DNA of 64,000 nucleotides from NCBI RefSeq assembly GCF_055900595.2, contig NZ_CM148325.1; one strand, 5' to 3'. Shown piece by piece: positions 7,543 to 16,314 of this stretch (position 1 is its first letter; each line of letters starts with the position of its first letter). The notes under the pieces were generated by a model. It saw only the letters and a program-made list of their open reading frames with translations, ran no database searches and was not told where the DNA came from. The position numbers and the translations under genes were made by a program.

Positions 7543-9903
7543 ATGAAAAGTATGCAATCAAAAACGGGCTCTCCACTCGTTCGAACTGAAGCCGAGCTAG
7601 AAAGCCGGCTTACTTCAGCACTAAACATAGCATTTCCTAACATTCCTCGCGAAGATCTTATCGAACAGCGCCATTTTACCGTTCGGCTAGGCCATGGAAC
7701 TTACAAAATAGATAGCGCCGCACACTGGAAAAAATACGGGCGAGCGGATGTTTTGATCTTTCATCGGGAGAGACCACTTGCGGTTATTGAACTGAAACGT
7801 GAAGACCTGACACTGACCCATGATGATTATGAACAGGCTCAAAGCTACGCTAACCAGTTAACACCACGTCCGCCTCTCGTTGTAGTTACGAACGGTAAAG
7901 ATACGCGCGTTTATGACTCAAGTAATGGACAACAGTGGTCGGGTGGACAGGATGCCTCGGCAGCGGTAAACAAGATGCTCGCCAATTCTGCAAAGTTGGC
8001 GGCGGCTGACATGCGCTGGGCTATTGAAGCCTTGATGGGGCGAGAAACTAATGCTTGGGTGCCAGCTGTGCGAGAAGAAACAGCCCGGCTGCTGATTGAT
8101 ATAACTGATCAGCCTGGGCATTCAGAACATCCATTTGCCAACAACCTACTTTTTCCTCGCAAAATCACGTCTCTTGTAATTGAATCTGCTGTGATGGGTA
8201 CAGCTTTCACTATCATTGAGGGTGATGCACAAAGCGGAAAAAGCAGTTGCCTCCGTGAAATTTCGCTAAAAACGGAAAGTAGCGATCTTTTGGCTGTCCT
8301 GATGTTACGAGGTTCCGGACCAGGACTATTTCAGGCTCTGGCCAATCTTTTTGCAGCTGAATTTGAATGGAATTTAACCTCAAATGATGCACGTAACTGG
8401 TTAAGACGAATGTCTAACTGCACTGAAGGTCCATCGCTTATGCTTGCTATCGACGACGTTGAACCAGGCTCCCAAATGGCTACTGATCTTGAGGAACTTG
8501 CGGGTATACGTTTTGGCAACAGGCTGGTGGTTGTTCTGACGACCTATCATGCCAACGCGTTACTGAAAAATCCAAACGGACGAACTCCGTCTGCAATTGG
8601 TAGCCGGTCGAAGGTATTTAAAACATCGCCTATGTCCCTAGATGAATTTAAGCTGGCGCAACAGATTCTCTCGGACCAGCGGATAGTTTTTCAACAGGGA
8701 GCAGAATACGCCGATGACTACCGCTCGCCTTGGGTTCTTCGCACTATTTATGATGACATTGTGCGCAATCATCAATACCAGAAAACGGATCTTATCGCCT
8801 ATCTTCCTCCATCACCCGGTATGGAACTTATAGATGCTGCGCAAAAGAGCTATGAGAGTCAGTATGATCTTCTTCGTTATTATCGGGTTCTTGCACGCTG
8901 CGCACTAGCTGACACAAACTCCCACTCAGTAGAATTAATGTTTGCTAAAGCGAATGGATTTGTCGTGCGGTATGACGCACTTTCTGACGAAGCTCGTGGT
9001 GTAGTGAATGAGTTAAAACATATGGGGGCAGTTCGTATTTTTCGCCTTTCAGGATGGGAAGATGTTGTGGTGCCGACAGTTCCCGCAGCTTACCTTCTGG
9101 AACTGTCGGATGCTGTTTGTGATGAACTGGTTTTACGGGCAGAACAAGACCCTCAAGACGCCGGGGCTTGGCTTGGCGAACGGCTAGACGCCACTTATCT
9201 TGGAGATATGATCGGTGCTCAAGCCATACGCCGTATGGCAGCTAAAGAGAGATATTTCAGCTTTGGAATTATTCAGGGCCTTCTCAGCATTGAGCCATAT
9301 AAAGAACCTATAAAAAACGGATTGTTTACTTTAGCCATGCCAGACAACCAACAAGTCAATCTAAAGATTGAGGATGGATTAGCGTGGATTTCTAAACACG
9401 GGGATGATGCAAAGAGTGTTCTGGTGAATTTAGAGGATCAAATCCCAAAGGTCATTTCTAAATCAACCAGTTGGATGATACTCGGGCAACTAGCGAAACT
9501 GCCGTCAGCAGAGGTGGGTGACGATGATCAGCGTATAGACGCCTATATTTTACTGAGCATTGGGCGCTGCCCATTTCCTCTAATTCGCACGAATATAGAA
9601 GGATTGCCTTACTTTGAGCATAATTTTGGCGATCAGGGTGATGTTCTTTGCCTAGAAAAAGCGTCTATTGAAGTTGCTACTCAGGCGATGGCTGATTTAT
9701 TTTCAGCCCCATGGCTCTATGCGGACCAGTGGGTGGATACAGCTATCGCGACCGGTTCTATACATTTACTGCATCGTTTGTTTGCTGCTTTAAACACAGT
9801 GATATTGCGTAGAATACCCGTGCAATCCGACTGGGCTAATGAAGCATTTAATCAACGTGTCTCACCAGCCCTTAAGGAAGCCATACGATCATTATCTTCG
9901 TGA
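7543..9903 (+). CDS. Candidate defence protein: N-terminal HsdR-N-like PD-(D/E)xK nuclease motif fused to P-loop NTPase and about 450 aa C-terminal region
   Basis: 786 aa; N-term RADVLIFHRERPLAVIELKRED...YEQAQSYANQL...VVVTNGKDTRVYD resembles the restriction-enzyme HsdR-N D-x(n)-E-x-K core; Walker A GDAQSGKSS; Walker B LMLAIDDVE; GAGGA RBS upstream of ATG. Confidence 0.65.
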   Translation: MKSMQSKTGSPLVRTEAELESRLTSALNIAFPNIPREDLIEQRHFTVRLGHGTYKIDSAAHWKKYGRADVLIFHRERPLAVIELKREDLTLTHDDYEQAQSYANQLTPRPPLVVVTNGKDTRVYDSSNGQQWSGGQDASAAVNKMLANSAKLAAADMRWAIEALMGRETNAWVPAVREETARLLIDITDQPGHSEHPFANNLLFPRKITSLVIESAVMGTAFTIIEGDAQSGKSSCLREISLKTESSDLLAVLMLRGSGPGLFQALANLFAAEFEWNLTSNDARNWLRRMSNCTEGPSLMLAIDDVEPGSQMATDLEELAGIRFGNRLVVVLTTYHANALLKNPNGRTPSAIGSRSKVFKTSPMSLDEFKLAQQILSDQRIVFQQGAEYADDYRSPWVLRTIYDDIVRNHQYQKTDLIAYLPPSPGMELIDAAQKSYESQYDLLRYYRVLARCALADTNSHSVELMFAKANGFVVRYDALSDEARGVVNELKHMGAVRIFRLSGWEDVVVPTVPAAYLLELSDAVCDELVLRAEQDPQDAGAWLGERLDATYLGDMIGAQAIRRMAAKERYFSFGIIQGLLSIEPYKEPIKNGLFTLAMPDNQQVNLKIEDGLAWISKHGDDAKSVLVNLEDQIPKVISKSTSWMILGQLAKLPSAEVGDDDQRIDAYILLSIGRCPFPLIRTNIEGLPYFEHNFGDQGDVLCLEKASIEVATQAMADLFSAPWLYADQWVDTAIATGSIHLLHRLFAALNTVILRRIPVQSDWANEAFNQRVSPALKEAIRSLSS

Positions 9904-10079
9904 CTAAGCAATGGGATTTTAATACATAACGAGCATCTGTCCACGCAAGTTAACAATTGCCTTGGCTCGATATTTTGGTTTCTAGTGCATATATGCTGAT
10001 CTTCTCTTCGTTGATCTGATCTTACCCACCAATAGTGGACACAGGACTAAGTGAGTAAACTCTCAACCAGAGGTGACTC

Positions 10080-10379
10080 ATGACAAAACCAGTATCAATC
10101 AGCAAGAAGCCCCGTGAACAACATTCGCCTGAATTTCGTAACGAAGCCCTGAAACTCGCTGAACGCATCGGTGTGGCCGCCGCAGCCCGTGAACTCAGCC
10201 TTTATGAATCTCAGCTTTATGCCTGGCGCAGTAAACAGCAGCAACAAATGAGTTCGTCAGAGCGCGAAAGCGAACTGGCCGCTGAAAATGTCCGCCTTAA
10301 ACGACAACTGGCGGAGCAGGCTGAGGAACTGGCCATCCTCCAAAAGGCCGCGACATACTTCGCGAATCGCCTGAAATGA
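10080..10379 (+). CDS. IS3-family transposase OrfA (InsE-like helix-turn-helix / leucine-zipper protein)
   Basis: 99 aa [54 protein letters not shown]..., closely resembles IS3 OrfA. Confidence 0.85.
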   Translation: MTKPVSISKKPREQHSPEFRNEALKLAERIGVAAAARELSLYESQLYAWRSKQQQQMSSSERESELAAENVRLKRQLAEQAEELAILQKAATYFANRLK

Positions 10380-11219
10380 AGTATGTCTTCATCGAAAATC
10401 ATCGGGCAGAGTTCTGCATCAAAGCGATGTGTCGTGTACTTCGGGTTGCCCGCAGCGGCTGGTATGTCTGGCTCAGGCGTCGTCACCAGATGAGCCTTCG
10501 CCAACAGTTTCGGCTCACCTGCGATGCCGCTGTCCATAAGGCATTCTTTGAGGCAAAGCAGCGATACGGTGCTCCCCGCCTTGCTGACGAACTGCCGGAG
10601 TTCAATATTAAAACCATTGCCGCCAGCCTGCGTCGTCAGGGGCTGCGGGCGAAAGTTCAGCCCGGTCAGCTACCGTGCACATGGCCTGCCCGTATTGGAG
10701 AATCTGCTGGAGCAGGACTTCAGTGCCAGAGGCCCGAACCAGAAGTGGGCGGGTGACATCACGTACTTGCGTACCGATGAGGGCTGGTTGTATCTCGCAG
10801 TAGTCATCGACCTGTGGTCACGCGCCGTCATTGGCTGGTCGATGTCACCGCGAATGACAGCACAACTGGCCTGTGATGCACTACAAATGGCGTTGTGGCG
10901 GAGAAGACGCCCGGAAAGCGTCATTGTTCATGCGGACCGTGGTGGTCAATACTGTTCAGGGGATTATCAGGCGCTGCTGAAGCGACACAACCTGCGTGGC
11001 AGTATGAGTGCGAAAGGCTACTGTTATGACAATGCCTGTGTGGAAAGCTTCTTTCATTCGCTGAAGGTGGAATGTATCCACGGGGAACGCTTTAGCAGCC
11101 GGGAAATAATGCGGGCAACGGTGTTTAATTATATCGAGTGTGATTACAATCGCTGGCGTCGTCACAGTGCCTGTGGCGGTCTCAGCCCGGAACAATTTGA
11201 AAACCATAATCTCGCTTAG
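10376..11219 (+). pseudogene. IS3-family transposase OrfB (DDE integrase domain), frame broken near 10640-10660
   Basis: Split into two overlapping frames (10376..10756 and 10524..11219); the second carries the DDE core ([23 protein letters not shown]...HADRGGQY...[11 protein letters not shown]). The break lies inside orfB, not at the orfA/orfB junction where the programmed frameshift belongs. Confidence 0.65.
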
Positions 11220-11940
11220 GGCCGTGTCCACATTACGTGGGTAGGATCAATTTTCCTGATGACCCCATCGACATAGTATTTTTTCAAAGCAAGAATTGCC
11301 TTCTCGCTATGTATTCCTGATAGCTTGATCAGGATATCAAAGTCTCTTTCAGATATATTCCCCTTTGTCATGTGTCACTCCATGAATCAAATTTCATAGT
11401 AATCAATCTTTCTTTGATCGACTTATAGATAATAAGATCAGAAATGATAAAAAAGTAACGCATATTTCTTCTCGTCATGTCTACTTATAAAATTCAAATG
11501 AACTAACCTGAACTACTTACACTGGAATATCATTATATTGGAATAATTATAAAACTGAACAAAATGGTCAATGTAATCTGGTTAATTTATAAATATTTAC
11601 ATTGCGTGATGATATTTAATTCCAGTGTTAAGTAATGTCACATGCCTATTATTGGTTACTACTTTGTAGGTGTTTTGGTTCGGCGTTAATATCATTGGTC
11701 ATAATCACCTGTGAAAGTTTATTCTTGAAATGTTATAGGTATATTACTTGCAATTAAAAATGAGAAATTTATTATTATTGTGTTTTGCAAATATAATAAT
11801 TAAAAATTTATTATAAATTATGATTAGAATTGACAATATAAAAGAATAATAAAACTCAATATGAAAATAATTATCATCTGGTTTGATACTTTTGCTGTTG
11901 ATTACAGGAATAAAGTGTCAGAATAATATTGTTATTGGGT

Positions 11941-11968
11941 AAAAAAAGCCTCCACTATATGTGGAGGC
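11941..11968 (-). terminator. Rho-independent terminator (minus-strand orientation) inside the AT-rich region
   Basis: GCCTCCAC-TATAT-GTGGAGGC hairpin (11948-11968) preceded on the plus strand by AAAAAAA, i.e. a T-tract after the stem on the minus strand. Confidence 0.5.
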
Positions 11969-12636
11969 AAACCCTTAGATAGTTCTATTGAGGCAAGTAT
12001 GTTATAAATCTGCCTTATCTTTTATAGCATATAAAGATATGTATGCTATATTTTTTTTGAAGAAATTTTTCCAGAAATTACAGTAATACAAGAAATATTA
12101 ACTGGTGTGATTTTTGGATGTTTAATAAGTACAGTGTACTTATATTTTTGTAATAAAGATGAACGCGTCCTTTAGATAAACTGAAAAATATTAAGCATGT
12201 CTCATGTGGTTTTCTGAATCAAAACTCTTTTCAGTCTTTGATTTTTTGTTAAAAACAGGTTTATTACAAGGGTGTTGTTGTGAAATGTGTTTTGGTGTCG
12301 TTGTGATTTTATGGTGATAATGTGAATTTTTATCCTTTCAAGATGGCTCCCTGGACGTTAAATACAGTGGAAATTTATATTAAGATATAAATATAACTAT
12401 TGCGTTATTTAAATTATTGTCTATTACAGCTCCAGTTAATAGAGCCTGAAGTAATTTCTTAGTATTTCATCATAAGCGTTTATCTATCGTCTCTTTCTAA
12501 ATTAACCGGTCGTATTACAAGGTGCTGAATCTGATTAAGGAATGATACTTAGGGGATTATGGCTGACTTAATAATTAGATAACTGATAAATGACTATCAG
12601 GGGGATATCGTTAAGTCAGCCTTTAAAATCAAGCGA

Positions 12637-13827
12637 TTATATAGCTGGTGACTCTTTTCGAAGAGCATCAAGGTAGTCAGCGTACCATTGCATCATTTCT
12701 CGTCTTCCTTCAAGGTAACGAGCATGGTTGTATGTACCACGAATGCTGTTTTTGTCCGTATGTGCAAGTTGCATTTCAATCCATGCACTATTGAATCCTT
12801 GCTCGTGTAGAACAGTACTCATTGTATGACGAAATCCATGCCCGGTAGCTTTTTTGTCATAGCCAATCTTCTTCAAAACCATATTGACGCTTGCATCGCT
12901 GATAGGCCTGTTAACATCATTTCTTCCGGCAAAGATGTATCTGTATCTTCCAGTCAGTTCTTTGAGGATTTGCAGAGACTGGATTGCCTGATCTGACAGA
13001 GGGACGATATGCTCCTTCCTCATTTTCATCCGGGTCGGAGGAACTTCCCATATCTTTTGGGTAAAATCGATCTCACACCATTCCCCCATACGTAATTCTA
13101 CTGTTCTCAGCCCTGTGAGCATCAACAATTTTGTAGCTTCACGGGTTACAATACTGCCGGTGTAGTTTTCGAGTTTGTATAAAAACTCTGGTAGTTCAGG
13201 AGGAAGCAGGAAAGGGTAATGTGTTCGCTTATAGCTTTTCATTGCTATAACCAGATCAGAAGCTGGATTGTATCGTGCCCGACCTGTAACAATGGCATAC
13301 CGAAACACTTCACCACATCGTTGGCGAACTTTATTAGCTAGCTCGCAGGCTCCTCGGCTTTCGATACGCTGAAGAACTGCGAGAAGTTCAAGAGGTTCGA
13401 TTTCACTAATGGGTCTGTTTCCAATGTAGGGAAACACATTATTTTTGAATGCTCTGTCGACATAATCAGCGTAGCTGGCAGACCAGCCTGAAACTTTTGC
13501 GTTGTACCACTCGGTGGCGATTGCGGCAAAAGTTCTTCCTTCGGAAAGGTTTTTCTCAAGATTTTCAGCTTTCTTGACTTCACCGGGATCTTTACCATCG
13601 GCATGTATTTTCTTGGCTTCATCCCGACGTTTGCGAGCTTCAGCCAATGTAATAGTTGGATAGGTGCCAAATGATAGTTTCTTTTCCTTCCCCGCATAGT
13701 GGTACTTCATTCGCCAGTACTTTGAGCCGTTAGGATTGACCTGAAGGTAGAGCCCACCACCATCGGCAATCTTATAAATTTTATCTTTGGGTTTGGCTGT
13801 TTCAACTTGTCGAGCTGTCAGTGGCAT
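12637..13827 (-). CDS. P4-type tyrosine integrase (site-specific recombinase), island integrase at argW
   Basis: Likely start MPLTARQVETAKPKDKIYKIADGGGLYLQV (ORF track begins 9 codons earlier at 13854); catalytic region HGFRHTMSTVLHEQG...RGTYNHARY; lies 175 bp from the 3' end of the tRNA. Confidence 0.85.
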   Translation of the reverse strand: MPLTARQVETAKPKDKIYKIADGGGLYLQVNPNGSKYWRMKYHYAGKEKKLSFGTYPTITLAEARKRRDEAKKIHADGKDPGEVKKAENLEKNLSEGRTFAAIATEWYNAKVSGWSASYADYVDRAFKNNVFPYIGNRPISEIEPLELLAVLQRIESRGACELANKVRQRCGEVFRYAIVTGRARYNPASDLVIAMKSYKRTHYPFLLPPELPEFLYKLENYTGSIVTREATKLLMLTGLRTVELRMGEWCEIDFTQKIWEVPPTRMKMRKEHIVPLSDQAIQSLQILKELTGRYRYIFAGRNDVNRPISDASVNMVLKKIGYDKKATGHGFRHTMSTVLHEQGFNSAWIEMQLAHTDKNSIRGTYNHARYLEGRREMMQWYADYLDALRKESPAI

Positions 13828-14002
13828 CTGGGGGCCTCGCAATAGATTGACCAAGATGTGCCCCTAAATAGGCCCCCAAATGTGACTTGATTTACGTTCC
13901 CCTGAGGAGAATTAAGGCGACTATTTGAGTAACATAAGTAAGGGTATGTGCTGATTATAAAGGCTTTTTGTGGGGTATGGTAGATTTCAGGAGAGGTGTG
14001 CA

Positions 14003-14077
14003 TGGTGTCCCCTGCAGGAATCGAACCTGCAATTAGCCCTTAGGAGGGGCTCGTTATATCCATTTAACTAAGAGGAC
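14003..14077 (-). tRNA. argW: tRNA-Arg (anticodon CCU)
   Basis: Reverse complement reads GTCCTCTTAGTTAAATGGATATAACGAGCCCCTCCTAAGGGCTAATTGCAGGTTCGATTCCTGCAGGGGACACCA; cloverleaf with CCT anticodon and 3' CCA. Confidence 0.9.
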
Positions 14078-14152
14078 AATGCGGCATGAGTATACCCGCT
14101 AATGCTCAGCGGGGTAAGTACACTGCCGCTCGATTGCTTAAACCCTCGCCAT

Positions 14153-15085
14153 TTATGCCGGGTTTTTATCATTTTTCTTAATGTTTTCCGCACGTTCTGC
14201 TTTTTGTCGTGCTTCTGCTTTGCGCTTGTTGCTCATGTCGTTACGGATCTGTGCATGACTCATTAACGCGAAGATAAAGGTGCCGCCGCAGATGTTTCCT
14301 GCCAGAGTAGGTAACGCGAAGGGCCAGATGAAATCGCTCCAGTGCAGCGTGCCGTTAAATACCAGATAGAGGATTTCTACAGAACCGACAACGATGTGGG
14401 TGGTGTCTCCGAGGGCGATAAGCCAGGTCATTAATATAATCACTACAATCTTTGCCGCACCCGCTGCAGGAAACATCCATACCATAGTGGCGATCAGCCA
14501 GCCGGAAATGATCGCGTTGGCAAACATCTCACTGGGGGTGTTCTTCATCACATCCATGCCGATTTTTACAAATGCATCGCGAGTTTCTTCATTAAAGATA
14601 GGCATATATTCAAATGCCCACGCCGCAATACCTGTCCCGAGAATATTCCCCAGCAGCACGACGCCCCATAACCGCATAAGTAAGCCGACGTTACTCATTG
14701 TCGGTTTTTGCATGACGGGTAGTACCGCAGTCACGGTGTTTTCGGTAAATAATTGTTGGCGGGCCATAATGACGATAATAAAGCCAAAGGTATAACCGAG
14801 ATTCTCCAGCAAGAAACTGCCCGGCACGCCTTCCAGTTCGACATGAAATATCCCTTTTGCCAGTAGTGAAGCGCCCATCGACAGACCCGCCGCAATGGCT
14901 GACCACAGTAGCGCCATTGCGTCGCGTTCCAGCTCTTTTTCACCATCCTGGCGGATATGTTCATGAATTGCCATCGCCCGGGAGGGGAGTCGGTCTTCAT
15001 CTATTTCTATTTTTTTGCCGCGTTCTTTTTCTTCGCTCTCAACTTCAATTTCGTCGCTGTGTTGATCAATTTTGTCGTTGTCCAT
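14153..15085 (-). CDS. yfdC: Formate/nitrite transporter family inner membrane protein
   Basis: 310 aa; multiple TM segments; matches E. coli YfdC; conserved position next to argW. Confidence 0.85.
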   Translation of the reverse strand: MDNDKIDQHSDEIEVESEEKERGKKIEIDEDRLPSRAMAIHEHIRQDGEKELERDAMALLWSAIAAGLSMGASLLAKGIFHVELEGVPGSFLLENLGYTFGFIIVIMARQQLFTENTVTAVLPVMQKPTMSNVGLLMRLWGVVLLGNILGTGIAAWAFEYMPIFNEETRDAFVKIGMDVMKNTPSEMFANAIISGWLIATMVWMFPAAGAAKIVVIILMTWLIALGDTTHIVVGSVEILYLVFNGTLHWSDFIWPFALPTLAGNICGGTFIFALMSHAQIRNDMSNKRKAEARQKAERAENIKKNDKNPA

Positions 15086-15379
15086 GGTCTCTTCTCTTGA
15101 ATTAGCACGTATAGCTAAAGCGTAGCGGCTTTTTTGCTCGCAACTGGCGGGAGTTACTCTGAAAATGTAGAAAAGGCTGTGTTTGCCTTTTTCTGTTTCT
15201 ATAGAATCAAGTAGCCTACAGGGCGTCGATTACCAGGCTATGATCAAATCAGCAAATCAGGGCGTCTGGACATCAGTTGACGTGCTGTTACAATCGCCCA
15301 CACCTAAACAGGCGGATACGGTATCGTTCCGTCATGGATGGCAAACTGCATAAGCCATAAAAAAAACAGGGAGACATTT

Positions 15380-16135
15380 ATGAAGCTTCGCCTGTCGGCG
15401 CTTGCTCTTGGAACTACGCTTCTGGTGGGGTGTGCGAGTTCCGGTACAGATCAGCAAGGGCGTTCTGACCCATTAGAAGGGTTCAACCGCACCATGTACA
15501 ACTTCAACTTCAATGTATTAGACCCGTATATTGTTCGACCGGTCGCAGTCGCCTGGCGTGATTATGTTCCGCAACCGGCGCGTAACGGTTTGAGCAACTT
15601 TACCGGCAACCTTGAAGAACCTGCGGTGATGGTTAACTACTTCTTGCAGGGCGACCCTTATCAGGGGATGGTCCACTTTACCCGCTTTTTCCTGAACACT
15701 ATTTTGGGGATGGGCGGCTTTATTGATGTTGCGGGGATGGCGAACCCGAAACTGCAACGGACTGAACCTCACCGCTTCGGTAGTACGCTTGGTCATTATG
15801 GCGTGGGGTATGGGCCGTACGTACAATTACCGTTCTACGGAAGCTTCACGCTGCGTGATGACGGCGGTGATATGGCGGATGGTCTTTACCCGGTACTTTC
15901 CTGGCTGACCTGGCCGATGTCCGTGGGTAAATGGACGCTTGAAGGTATCGAAACCCGTGCGCAACTGCTGGATTCCGACGGCCTGCTGCGTCAGTCGTCC
16001 GACCCATACATTATGGTGCGCGAAGCGTACTTCCAGCGTCATGATTTCATCGCCAATGGCGGCGAACTCAAACCGCAGGAAAACCCGAACGCGCAAGCGA
16101 TTCAGGATGAGTTAAAAGATATCGATTCTGAATAA
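15380..16135 (+). CDS. mlaA: Outer-membrane lipoprotein MlaA (VacJ), phospholipid asymmetry maintenance
   Basis: Start MKLRLSALALGTTLLVGCAS (lipobox); 251 aa; ORF track begins 14 codons upstream. Confidence 0.9.
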   Translation: MKLRLSALALGTTLLVGCASSGTDQQGRSDPLEGFNRTMYNFNFNVLDPYIVRPVAVAWRDYVPQPARNGLSNFTGNLEEPAVMVNYFLQGDPYQGMVHFTRFFLNTILGMGGFIDVAGMANPKLQRTEPHRFGSTLGHYGVGYGPYVQLPFYGSFTLRDDGGDMADGLYPVLSWLTWPMSVGKWTLEGIETRAQLLDSDGLLRQSSDPYIMVREAYFQRHDFIANGGELKPQENPNAQAIQDELKDIDSE

Positions 16136-16147
16136 GAAACAAATAAA

Positions 16148-16176
16148 AAGGTGAGTCGCAAAACTCACCTTTTTTG
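16148..16176. terminator. Bidirectional rho-independent terminator between mlaA and the yfdF-like gene
   Basis: AAAAAGGTGAGT-CGCAAA-ACTCACCTTTTTT. Confidence 0.6.
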
Positions 16177-16314
16177 TTGTTATCCCTCAATTACCACAAG
16201 TAAAAGGAGACAAACCGACAATGACCCGGACGAATTATGTAAAAATACTGATGTTCGTCACTGACTGTTTCCGATATTCAGACGTTGAAAAATCAAAAAA
16301 CTGGACAAATAATT

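Larger units (their letters stand above)
10017..11249 (+). mobile_element. IS3-family insertion sequence (IS3-like), probably defective
   Basis: Left end TGATCTTACCCACCAATAGTGGACAC and right end GTGTCCACATTACGTGGGTAGGATCA form imperfect terminal inverted repeats; encodes orfA and a frame-broken orfB; no clear 3-bp target duplication seen. Confidence 0.8.

Noticed and set aside
8650-8720. YADD tetrapeptide in the 786-aa protein as a possible reverse-transcriptase motif (retron hypothesis with the flanking inverted repeats)
   Set aside because: The surrounding sequence lacks the other RT motifs and the protein is otherwise a nuclease/P-loop NTPase; no RT gene is adjacent to the inverted-repeat segment.
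13818-14003. 61-aa minus-strand ORF overlapping the integrase start and running into argW
   Set aside because: Overlaps the tRNA and att region; an out-of-frame artefact.
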